Origin: Zygophlyctis sp. KS116 | Taxonomy: Eukaryota > Fungi > Chytridiomycota | Assembly (NCBI GenBank): GCA_054661495.1 | Contig: BAAFSQ010000166.1 | Location: forward strand, 1 to 22,191 | Direction of reading: 5' to 3' | DNA: 22,191 nt | Shown here: piece after piece, positions 1-9,906 of the stretch | How positions within the stretch are numbered: the first letter of the stretch is position 1 | Layout: every line of letters starts with the position of its first letter | Program-made: the position numbers and the translations under genes | The notes under the pieces: model-generated | Databases searched by the model: none | What the model saw: the letters and a program-made list of their open reading frames with translations, nothing else | Told to the model about the DNA's origin: nothing

Positions 1-22
1 TAATGAATTGAGTTAATATTAG

Positions 23-327
23 ATGCGCAAAAGGCCATTTTGCAGACAATAGGGTCTACTCTAATGAGGAACTGGAGGGGTATTGAGAAGTCTTATCGTC
101 CAACTTGCAAAAAGATTATTTCTTTTGCTTTTTCTCAGGAATTGTTTGATGAAGCGGAACTCGCAAAGAAGCTGATTACTGAAGAAGCGGTTGATGATGT
201 TTCGAAATCAGTAGAATCATTGGTCAAGGCCAATATTCTTTCTGACATTGGTTACGGCATGACTTATACACTGAATTCAAAGGTAGAGAAGGAGTATTTG
301 GTTGCAAATATAAATAAATTGCGTTGA
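23..327 (+). CDS. 3' terminal exon of a gene starting upstream of the window; possibly the C-terminal winged-helix region of a P-loop ATPase
   Basis: Positions 1-22 look like the tail of a micro-intron (TAATGAATTGAGTTAATATTAG). The frame then runs open to TGA at 325-327. LVKANIL...YTLNSKVEKEYL loosely resembles the wHTH tails of archaeal-type ATPases (weak). Confidence 0.5.
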
Positions 328-445
328 TTGATAATATAATTCTGCAAGCTTTATCTTAAAATTCACATGATGACTTTCAACTACATTGTATTATAACAAG
401 GTACCATCAGTCAAACACGTGATAAAATTCTTCAAGCGCGTTGTT

Positions 446-497
446 AGCCTTATCAGCCTGTCATAAACCAAGCGCTATAAACCAAGCCTTATCAGCC
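446..497. repeat. Interleaved short direct repeats upstream of the GNAT gene
   Basis: AGCCTTATCAGCC at 446-458 and 485-497; ATAAACCAAGC at 463-473 and 477-487. Confidence 0.7.
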
Positions 498-517
498 AAG
501 CACCTGTCACTGAAAGA

Positions 518-1606
518 ATGCAAAAGTCCAGACACTTACAAAAGGAAAGGATTGCTAGATTTGAAAATATAAAATCAACATGTCCCTTGAAAAAATGGAG
601 ATTCTCAATCTTTTACCGGAGCGATCTATCTTTAAATATTTCTAAAATTCAAAGAAATTCAGTCATTTACAGTCACCGATCTAATATCTATTATGAAAAT
701 CAATTTTCTAGTTTACTATGGATGGATATTTACTTGAAACTTTTACTGCCATTGAAGAAACAAAGAGATTTTAATTCTGTCAAAGTCATACATTTTACTA
801 ATCTAAAAAAACCCAAAAAGGAAGTTTATGTAAAATCAAAAAGAGATGTGTCAAGCTTCAAGATTGGATTAAAAAAGAATAATAGAGTCGCAAAATTCTT
901 ACAAACTCAAAAGATTTCTCATGATTTGAAAGTTTTGGAGAATCGTGGTCTATACATTCCAGGATTTAAGAATAAAAAACAAAATTTAGGGAATATACTT
1001 CATATTAGTGAAAAATATGATTCTACATTAGATATGGATCATGATCAGTCTAGAGGAATTTCAGAAATTTCTACTTGGACAATACCAATCTCTGAAAAAA
1101 TTGTTTCTATTTACTCTTTCAAACAGACTCCAAAAGAATCTTTCAAATTCAAAATCTTTAATCAGGCTATAAATCTCGTGTCTACACTCTTTTTAGAAAA
1201 AAGGATAGAAATGGATTTAGCAATTGGAATTTCAGAAGATAATTTTACAGTTGATATTCTAGTAGATGGGGAAGAAGTGATTGGTGTATGTGAGTATATA
1301 TTTATGAGAAATTATTTGTGGATTGAATGCTTTGCAATTTCTCCAAAAGTACAAAAACAAGGAATCGGAAAATGGTTTATGAATTATTTAAAATCAATTT
1401 CAATTCGTAGACAAAAATCAATCTTGTTGTATTCATTAATGCCAGTTGTGGTAATTTTTTTAAAAAAATTATTAAAAATTTAGGAATTCTATTCAAGTTT
1501 AGGATTTAAAACATCGAAATCTTTTCCTTCAAAAGACTGGCATATGGGGAAATTTCTAATTTTTGAACAAACAAGATCAACTCTAGATATTCTAGGGTCG
1601 ACTTGA
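518..1606 (+). CDS. GNAT-family N-acetyltransferase (C-terminal GNAT domain, basic N-terminal region), ~351 aa, 2 exons
   Basis: Motif A FAISPKVQKQGIGKWFM. Removing intron 1451-1483 (33 nt, GTAATT..TTTAG) restores motif B V-EFYSSLGF; stop TGA at 1604-1606. Confidence 0.85.
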
Positions 1607-1637
1607 AAATTTTCGTGCAATTGAATTTAAGCTTTTA

Positions 1638-1962
1638 ATGAAAAAGTTGATTTTGGTGTCACATTTTAATTCCATTTCCTGCTCTGTCCTTAGTGTGTTT
1701 GGTGTGATTTTCCTTGTAATCATTATTTTGAAGTAATTTTAGCTTATACTCTCGGCAATGTATACTGCGGGAGTAGACACTGTCACAACTGGTCCTGAAA
1801 CTCCCAGTAACCCTAAAGTTGCTGCCAGATCTACATTTATAGCTGCTATTATGTATGTAATTTTTGGGGGATTTTGTTTATGTCAGGTAAGTTTTACTCT
1901 TGTTATTCTAGGCTTATTTGCATTCCAAAGTCCCGCAAACTGATTATACTCCTGTAGAATGA
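1638..1962 (+). CDS. V-type ATPase V0 subunit f (RNASEK / yeast YPR170W-B family), 90 aa, 3 exons
   Basis: Exons 1638-1715, 1743-1886 and 1912-1962 (introns of 27 and 25 nt). The product is MKKLILVSHFNSISCSVLSVFGVIFLLILSAMY...P..P...A..TFIAAIMYVIFGGFCLCQAYLH. It has two TM helices and the C-x-V-L-S-x-F-G-V and Y-x-x-F-x-x-F-C-x-x-Q patterns of subunit f. Confidence 0.85.
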
Positions 1963-1978
1963 CTCTAAACTATTAATC

Positions 1979-1993
1979 AATAAAGCTTTTATT
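1979..1993. terminator. Back-to-back polyadenylation signals between convergent genes
   Basis: AATAAA (1979-1984, +) and TTTATT (1988-1993, AATAAA on -) lie in the 38-nt gap between the two stop codons. Confidence 0.5.
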
Positions 1994-2000
1994 CAATTAA

Positions 2001-2315
2001 TTATTCGCAAAACACTTTCACTACATCATCATTACATAAATAGTATTCATATAAATAGTCTGAATCACACATGTCCTGATCATTGACTTCAAGTCTAAAG
2101 TTGTGAGGAATAATTCCAGAAATAAATCTTCTTAATTGAAAGACTCTGACAAGACTTGATGATTCCCAGTCAAGAGTCAATGGAGATTCGGTTGAATGGA
2201 TCTCTATTTTTAATGATAGCTGAAGTGGAGTCTCGGGAGGAATAGATGAGAGATCCCAGACTGCATTAGATCTCTGTAGTTTGCTAGGGACTTGATCACT
2301 ATTGACTGATGGCAT
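2001..2315 (-). CDS. Small ubiquitin-like (beta-grasp) domain protein, 104 aa, no C-terminal GG
   Basis: LKIEIH...LTLDWESSSLVRVFQLRRFIS...FRLEVNDQDMCDSDYLYEYYLCNDDVVKV follows the Ubl pattern (..RL..NG..L.D...L..Y.I...D.V.V). Confidence 0.6.
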   Translation of the reverse strand: MPSVNSDQVPSKLQRSNAVWDLSSIPPETPLQLSLKIEIHSTESPLTLDWESSSLVRVFQLRRFISGIIPHNFRLEVNDQDMCDSDYLYEYYLCNDDVVKVFCE

Positions 2316-2385
2316 TTTAATTAATTTTAATCTAGAAATCTATTTTTAATTACAATGTGCAAACTTACAAAAATAAATTTGAAGA

Positions 2386-4435
2386 TTATAAATAGACTTG
2401 AGATTTTAATCGCTTAAAGATTTCATCAGACTCTTCAACGGATAAGGCTTCCAGTTCATAAGATTTGATAGAATTGGATTTGTCTAATTTTACAGAAACT
2501 TTAATCAGTGTTTTTTTGCTTTTAGATTGTTTGATTGATATAATACAAGATAAGGGATGTGAAGTCTAGCTATAAATAACCAAAAATTACATTCCTGCCC
2601 ATTTCACGGTCGAAAAAATGTTTACTACTAGGCGAGACTAAATGGAAGTAGTCATTATCAATACTTAAAATTCTTTCGTATTTTCTCATGAGGCCTTTGA
2701 CCAAGACAGAATATTCCTATATTTAATATATAAAAGTACCTTCAAAACAGTAGAGACTCCTTTAAAATCAGAGAAATTAGCTTGGGTATGTGGTTTAGCA
2801 CTAAGTAATGTTTCTCCGATTACTCCAACTTTTTCTTTTTTCACTAGACAACATTCAGTTGCTCCAACGGCTTGCAAGGTTTGGTCCATTGGTGCATCAA
2901 TCATGCCTTCTAAGAGTTTCAAGGTATATTCCTTGGGATTGTATTTATATTTCAAGCAGAGTTGATCAAAGACTTCTTTGAATTTAAGATGACTTGGAAC
3001 GTGTATGGTGGTGATTTGACGTGTATCCAGTGTAGGATACAAATGTATTTTAAGAAAAACTGCTTGGGATGAGTCTATGGTAGTATTGGCTTCTTGTTCT
3101 GACTCTTGAGTAGAAACAGTTTCGTGAAAACTATCTGTAGGGGTGAACGACTCTTTTTTGGACACGACTTCATCAAATGATATGGAGTTACAAAGTGCAA
3201 AACTATCATACCCAAATTTATGTATTTGACGACTTCGATCCAGAGCTTTAGTGAGAAATAAATGAAAATACCTGGAAAGTCATCGTCAATGGTTCCATCT
3301 TCTTCAGCTATCCTAATACTCCAGAGTGAAGTGTCATACAAATTAGATGGAACCTTGGGGACTCCTCCTTTATTTATATATTCATATAGTGTATATCCTA
3401 TAACTTCCTGTACAGTCGCCTCTTTCTTTACCGTAATTTCCATTCGTTCCATTGAAGAAAATGGCAAGAACATTGTCAACTTTAAGGGATTTGCACCTGA
3501 TTTACCGTCCTATCATTTAAATATATAAGTGTATACAAAAAAGGAAAAATCCCGAGCAAAAGGATTACCAGAATCATTTGTTTCTACCACCAATTGGGTC
3601 AATGCGGATACAAGTTTGGGAGTTTTTGCAAATTTCAGTCCAGATACTCGTTTATCCACATCTAAAGCTACTGATAATTTGGGAAATTCTAAATTTGTTT
3701 TTATCTCTATCACTGGCTTTTCTTGATCGGAAGCCTTCTTTGGAGAATCACCTATATTTAAATCAGTCGTTGACTACCATTAATTAATTGTTCTTCTCTA
3801 CTCGCAACAGACAAGTGTCCATCAACATCTTCCACGTCTTCAAACTCATCCAATTCCTTAATTTCAGATAATTCCTTCTTTAGAGTCCCAACATCTGAAA
3901 AATTTACATAAGCAACAGATGCCGACTTTCCAAAATAATAATTTTTCGTCTCTGAAGAGTCTGATTCAATTGAATCTCTTCGTGTAGAAGGAGTTGCACC
4001 ATCTACAGAATGTCTCTTTTGCGGGATTTTCAAGTCTAAAACCTGCGGCGTTCCAAATCTCTCTAATACTGATCCTTCAGAGGGTACCGCTTTTACAGTA
4101 TGAGAGATCCTGACCGGAACATCTAATTGCGACTCTGACATTGACATTGGCTTTGGTAAATTAAAAGAAGACTCAAAATTTCCAGCAAATCTCCTGGATC
4201 TTGCTTCCAATAGCGGCGATGAATGAACAAAAGGATCTTTTAGAGATTCTAGTCTCTGTCCGTATTTCTTTTTAACTTGAAACAGGTTTACTTCTGCCTG
4301 TTCCGCAGACATTGAGATATAACAATTCTCATCAGACAAAGGAAGTGAAACAAACTTTTGGCACATGGCATCCTGTGAAAACAAAACCAGGCGTTGCCTA
4401 TATATCAGAAAGTCTCTATCTTGACACAGCGACAT
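2386..4435 (-). CDS. SIN1: TORC2 subunit SIN1/Avo1 (N-terminal, CRIM, Ras-binding-like and PH domains), ~640 aa, 6 exons
   Basis: N-terminus MSLCQDRDFLIYRQR; CRIM NPFARDFSFF..ATVQEVIGYTL..WSIRIAEEDGTIDDDFPALDR; PH ..YERILSIDNDYFHL..YELEA. Introns at 3752-3777, 3510-3536, 3246-3271, 2717-2739 and 2566-2590 join the track ORFs into one frame ending TAA at 2386-2388. Confidence 0.9.
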
Positions 4436-4558
4436 TTGTACCAAAAACCCTCGGCTCGTAGGAGTAAAATTATTCCGTAGACACAAAAACGGGGTACGGA
4501 ATGCTGGGATTTTTCGCGTTTGGCGGAATCCAAAGAAAATTTTACTGTTTTTGTTAAA

Positions 4559-5906
4559 ATGAAACCGGTTCTTGTCTCTGCAAGCCTTCTCTTGTCTCTG
4601 CTGGTTTCAGGGATAATATTCGGGTTTCAGGCATTGCGCCCTATTTTGATTGAGCAAGGAGCATATTCTGATAATTGTATTTCTACTAGTTGCGATGATC
4701 AATTATTAAAATTAAACTGGATTTTCAGTCTTTGTACAACTCTAACTAATGTATCAGCATTGTTGATTGGAATGTTTTTAGATGGATTTGGTCCGGAATT
4801 AACTATTGGACTCGGTTCAATTGTATTCAGTTTGGGATGTTTTGTGACAAGTTTCGCTGGTGTATTTCAGACATTATATTTAATAGGATTTTCAATGATC
4901 TCAATCGGTGGACCAACAGTATTTATGGGACTGTTATCGCAAACAAGAATCTTTAGAAATAATCAGGGGTTGGTAATGGCGGCCTTTGTTGGAACATTTG
5001 ATGCGAGCACAATTGTATTTTACGTTTTTCAGGTATGGTGTATGAATTGATTATTAACAAAAAGTTACTGATAAAAAATAAATGGGTTGATAATCTATTC
5101 ATTATATTTAAATATTATGGGATTCTTCCGCTAGTATTATCTGGAATTGTCTTGATCAATTGGGAATCTGAATTTGATCAAAATAAAGGTCTTGAAGGAG
5201 ATGGTCAAGATTTACTTGAACCTGATGAAAATAGTCGGTTAATCTCTTCAAATAAAGAAGATTCTGATATTTGGATGCAAATCAAATCAGGATATTTTAT
5301 AGGGATAACTATCATTCTCTCTGTCTACATGACACGGCTCAATTTCTATATATCAACAATTAATGATCAATTAGAAGATCTAGGTGTAACTAATAAGTAT
5401 CTCAAAGAGTCGATTCCAAGTCTTGTCGAATTTTTTAATATTACACTGCCAATAGGGGGGATTGTTTCTATACCAATAATTGGATTTTTACTGGACTATA
5501 TGTCGTTTCCTTCTTTGTTTACTTTATTAAGTCTATTTGGCACCGTATTTAGTGTGTTGAAGTAAGTATAAATCAAAATAATTCAAGTTTTTTGTCAATC
5601 ATTCAGCTTCAATTCGTAGCAATTTGTATGTTTGTGCTGCTCAGGCCATTTGTATATTCTTTGTCTGGAGATTTTTGTAGTAGAATGTTTAAACCGCAGA
5701 TTTTTGGAAGAATGTATGGACTAATGAACTTTTTAGCAGGGGTTGTTAATATGTCACAATATCTCCTTTCACTAATTGCAATAAACCTCATGAAAGGCTC
5801 ATATGGAATATCTAACATGATCCTGTTGACTTTGGCTGTTGGAACATTTGCCTTCCCACTATATTTAAGGACACTGTCAAAAAGTGCAATAAATCAAGTA
5901 TTATAA
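4559..5906 (+). CDS. MFS transporter, FMP42 / SLC43 (LAT3)-like, ~429 aa, 3 exons
   Basis: SGIIFGFQALRPILIEQGAY..C..Q.LKLN..F, G.FLD..GP, GTFDAST and FGRMYGL; multiple TM helices; introns 5033-5064 and 5562-5587. Confidence 0.85.
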
Positions 5907-7415
5907 TCAAATCAGACTTGTCTTCTTGACTAAAAACGAAAGTAAATCTACTTTGGTGACCACATGCAGAATCTCCAGGCCTGTAGCAGTTCGTTCCGTT
6001 ACAACAGCAGCGGAATTAGTTTCAAAGAACTTGCTTAGAGAATCTAAAGGGGTAGAAAGTGTAATCTCTACAAACTTCTTATCCTGTTTAAAATGATAAC
6101 AACAACTTGATACGGGATCTGACAAATTCGCACGACCAGAAGATATTTTTGCTAGCAAGTTTCCCAAGGTAACTAGACCAACCAGCTTTTTAGAAGAAGA
6201 GGCAGATGTCACTGGTAATTGATCAAATGCTTTTTCCTGCATTAATTCAATCGCAACCTTGCAAGAAGTATCTTCCGAAATAGTAAGAGGCTTTAATAAA
6301 TTCAAATCCTAGACAAATCATTATATTAGAACCTACATTTATACATGCCCCCTCCCATTGATCTTTTTGCTGCTGTTCTTCCTTTTTAGTCATTTCATCT
6401 GTATATCCATTTTTCTTCATCCAATCATCATTCAAAAACTTTGACATATAATTACGTACAGAATCCGCTAATAATACCACACAACGTTGTCCTTTCTTTA
6501 AAGATTTTGCAGCCTTGATCGCTCCAACCATTGCAGAACCACTTGAACCTCCACATAAAAGTCCTTCCTTTCTAATCAAGCGCCTAGACATGATGAATGA
6601 CTCTTTATCATCCGTCTTTACCCACTTATCAACATATTTTCTTTCCAAAACATTTGGTATAAAATCATATCCGATACCCTCTACTTGATATCCATGAATA
6701 CCTTCTTTATTCAAAACCTCTGGTTCAGCAAGAATAGATCCATTTGGATCAACTCCGACAATAATAATACCAGGAATTTTCTCCTTTAATTTCCTTGCAA
6801 CTCCAGCAATTGTTCCTCCAGTACCTACTCCAGCAACAAACATATCAATTTGACCACCAGTTTGAGCAATAATTTCTTCAGCAGTCCCCTCATAGTGCGC
6901 CATTGGATTATTTAAATTTGCATACTGATCTGGAATTATAGAATTTGGTATTTCCTTATTCAATCGTTTTGCAACACCAATATGTGAGTCTGGAGAATCC
7001 CACGCAGCCTCTGTTGGAGTACGAACAATTTCCGCGCCCAAAGCTTTCAACACATCCACTTTTTCCTGACTCATCTTTTCCGGCAAAGTTATAACAGCTC
7101 TATATCCTTTTACGGCAGCTGCCAATGCCAGCCCGATACCTTGCATTTAGATGTCTTTAAATTACCAGTATTTCCGGAAGTAGGCTCTATAAGCGTAGAT
7201 CCTTGCTTTATTAATCCTTCAGCTTCTGCGGCCTCGACCATTCTCTTTCCGATCCGATCTTTGACACTTCCGCCGGCATTGAAGAATTCACATTTAGCAA
7301 CCAAATCACATTCAAGACCTTCCTCATGTCCTATACGGTTTATTCTAACCATGGGAGTTCCTCCAATATGATCCAGTATGTTTGGTAGAATTCGATTTCT
7401 CTCGCACTTGTTCAT
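5907..7415 (-). CDS. CYS4: Cystathionine beta-synthase (PLP domain plus C-terminal CBS pair, no N-terminal heme domain), ~484 aa, 3 exons
   Basis: [28 protein letters not shown] (split by intron 7140-7165), [25 protein letters not shown] and CBS domain FDQLPV; second intron 6309-6336. Confidence 0.95.
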
Positions 7416-7448
7416 TTGACGGCCAGCAAGTCTTTCTCCGAAACCTAA

Positions 7449-7781
7449 ATGTTTCCGATCTTGCAGCTTTGTATATTCTGGACATGCATCACATTCATCT
7501 CTTCACACCAAATGCAAACATCAAAAAAACTTGAGAATTCTCAGTCATCAAAGATTATAACTCTATCAGACCAAGGAAATAATTATGATTTTGAAACAAT
7601 TACTGATGAAAAAATCGGACAAATAATGACAATACCTGCATTAAAATTGGAAGAATCAAATCAACAAGATCAAAATACCCGAGAATCAACTAAACTACTA
7701 GTTGGAATTTCTGTAAGTATTGGAATAATTGTGATCTTAATCATAATAATTTCAATTATATTATTAGTAAATCTTGAATAA
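7449..7781 (+). CDS. Hypothetical small membrane protein (signal peptide plus C-terminal TM), 110 aa
   Basis: Hydrophobic N-terminus, polar middle and a very hydrophobic C-terminal helix. Confidence 0.55.
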   Translation: MFPILQLCIFWTCITFISSHQMQTSKKLENSQSSKIITLSDQGNNYDFETITDEKIGQIMTIPALKLEESNQQDQNTRESTKLLVGISVSIGIIVILIIIISIILLVNLE

Positions 7782-7908
7782 ATTTCTATTCTAAATTTCT
7801 ATGCAAAAATCAGATTGAAAAAACACAAAACAGATAAATCTATTTTTAATATTTCTCCGTTTAAATTTAATCTAGCTTTCCCATGCACAACGTCACTTTT
7901 TAAATAAA

Positions 7909-8691
7909 ATGATTAGAAATTTGGTAATAATTTCTGCATTATTCAGTATTTGCTGGAGCTGTAATGATCTTAGTCTGAAATTACTTCGGACTTCATGCGA
8001 TCCAATCATTTTTAATACTTCCTTCACTGATGAGAATATCAACTTTTGCAGAGATACTTATGCTTTAATTCAAAACTGTTTAGAAGAAACAAACACAAAT
8101 GGTTCTTATAAGTTCCAAAGCTATGGTTGTGCATTAGAATATGAGTTTGGATATTCTGAACAAGTTCCTTACAGGGAGTATTCGAATGCTTATAATTGGG
8201 TAAAGGATCATGGATTTTGTAAGTTTGCTGTCAAAAAGGATTATGTCTGGAATTTTGATCTTTTCCATGATTATAAGCCAAATCCATCGAAATGTTCTAC
8301 AATTGGTCCTATTTCTACAACTACTCTGGTTTCTAAAATTGATCCGGTTTCTACAACTACTGTAATTTCGAAAATTTCTGATTATCGGACAACTCATGTT
8401 TCTCCTATTAAGAGTCTTGTTACGTCTATCCTTCCACATCATTCTACTACCACCTCTTCAAGTATAATTGGATCGCCTGCATCGATCAATCCTCCTATTA
8501 GTTCCACAACAAAAACTAGTTCAAGAACTACGACTGACTCTTACAAGACCCCAGGTTTAGTAAACGAGGAAAATGGATCATCCACAAATTTAAATGATGA
8601 TACTAAAATGGTAGCAATCGTTGTTGTTATATGTCTTGCAGTGGTAATAATCCCCACAATCATTATTGCAATCAGATTGATCAAGGGTTAA
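7909..8691 (+). CDS. Cell-surface protein: signal peptide, Cys-rich head, Ser/Thr-rich stalk, C-terminal TM, 260 aa
   Basis: Intact ORF with type-I membrane architecture; 36-nt internal duplication (PISTTTLVSKID/PVSTTTVISKIS) at 8308-8379. Confidence 0.8.
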   Translation: MIRNLVIISALFSICWSCNDLSLKLLRTSCDPIIFNTSFTDENINFCRDTYALIQNCLEETNTNGSYKFQSYGCALEYEFGYSEQVPYREYSNAYNWVKDHGFCKFAVKKDYVWNFDLFHDYKPNPSKCSTIGPISTTTLVSKIDPVSTTTVISKISDYRTTHVSPIKSLVTSILPHHSTTTSSSIIGSPASINPPISSTTKTSSRTTTDSYKTPGLVNEENGSSTNLNDDTKMVAIVVVICLAVVIIPTIIIAIRLIKG

Positions 8692-8878
8692 TACAATTAA
8701 TAAATTTATAATGTTAATTTTAGAATATGTACTCCTTCCAGCCCTCTAATTCTAGATCATTTATCCTTTTTTAAGCGGAATTTCTTTTGGGACATTTTCC
8801 TTTCTTTCAAGGAGATTTGTAATTAGTAGAATTTGTAAAAGACTATGGAAATGAATTTAAAAAGTTTATTATGGATTC

Positions 8879-9783
8879 TTAACGATCCCACATTTCCCAA
8901 AGTCTAATGTCCCATCCATGTTTCCAGTCATCTTGAATCTCGACTGGAGTCTTTGGTAGCGCATGTGTCATTTGCTTACTCATCCATCCAGTCCCATGAA
9001 GGAACGTTATAGAAGCCAATGCAACTTTATGACTTGAGTCTCTAATATTATCAAATAAATCAGTAGATTTAGGGGATTGCATTCTTCTATTTCAAATTAG
9101 TATTTAATATTACCCATTTTTATGATCAGTACTCATAAATCCAACTACAATTCCAAGCTTTTTTAATATTTCAGATCCAACACAAGATAGAACTTTTCTA
9201 ACAAATCCAAGAAAAACATCTAATTGTCCATTACTCCATTCATTAACAGCCTTTTTTAAAGAATCAGACCAAATTCCAGATAATTCTACAACAAAATTAG
9301 ACAATTCCTCTTTAGAGAAAAGTTGATCTTTTGTTAATGGATTAGCAGTATGGTTTTTGAGCACTATAGTAAGAATAATACACGCTATTTACAATGTACA
9401 ACTGCCTCTGAGAGTCCTGGTTTTAAAGCTTTAATTACAAGCTTTCCAAGAACTACAACAGCTTTAATAATCTCTGGACGGATTCCGGCACTAGGAATTA
9501 TTATTTCATCTGGAATCCATCCACCAGCAATTGACTGATCAGAAGGAAAACTCCAAGAATCGGACGAGGTAGAATCGCTGGAAATAGAGTCACCGATAGT
9601 AGCCAAGTCAACAGGCACCAGTGATTCCATCTGAATAGCAGCCCATTTTAGGGATGGCTCAATATCTCTTTTGGCAGAGTCTAGTAATTGTTTAGAGATC
9701 TGTTGAGCGGTTTTAGAGAGAAGAACGCTCGGCTTACAGGCAACTTGTAGTCCAGCAAGAATCACCAGTGCAGAGAATAGCAT
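8879..9783 (-). CDS. Hypothetical secreted protein, ~282 aa, 3 exons
   Basis: Signal peptide MLFSALVILAGLQVAC; introns 9364-9392 and 9087-9113 join three track ORFs in frame. Confidence 0.7.
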
Positions 9784-9906
9784 TTCTAAATTTGATCTGC
9801 TGGTTTACAAAGCATCTCAAATATTGGCAATTTTGAAGCTTCTGCTGCTTACGATGCAAGGATCAGTATGTGGGCGCAGTATTTGTTTACTCTTTATACA
9901 ATAGAA

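Noticed and set aside
361-519. Possible box C/D snoRNA (ATGATGA at 367-373, CTGA at 510-513, ATTC/GAAT ends)
   Set aside because: The 3' end overlaps the GNAT start codon and I cannot identify an rRNA-complementary guide; short boxes arise by chance.
3262-3787. Plus-strand ORFs 3262-3528, 3529-3726 and 3578-3787
   Set aside because: Antisense shadows of SIN1 with no recognisable motifs.
7416-7505. Open frame upstream of the CBS ATG containing Cys/His (possible heme-binding extension)
   Set aside because: It has no in-frame ATG and no frame-compatible intron, lacks the CTW..PH pattern, and overlaps the opposite-strand ORF.
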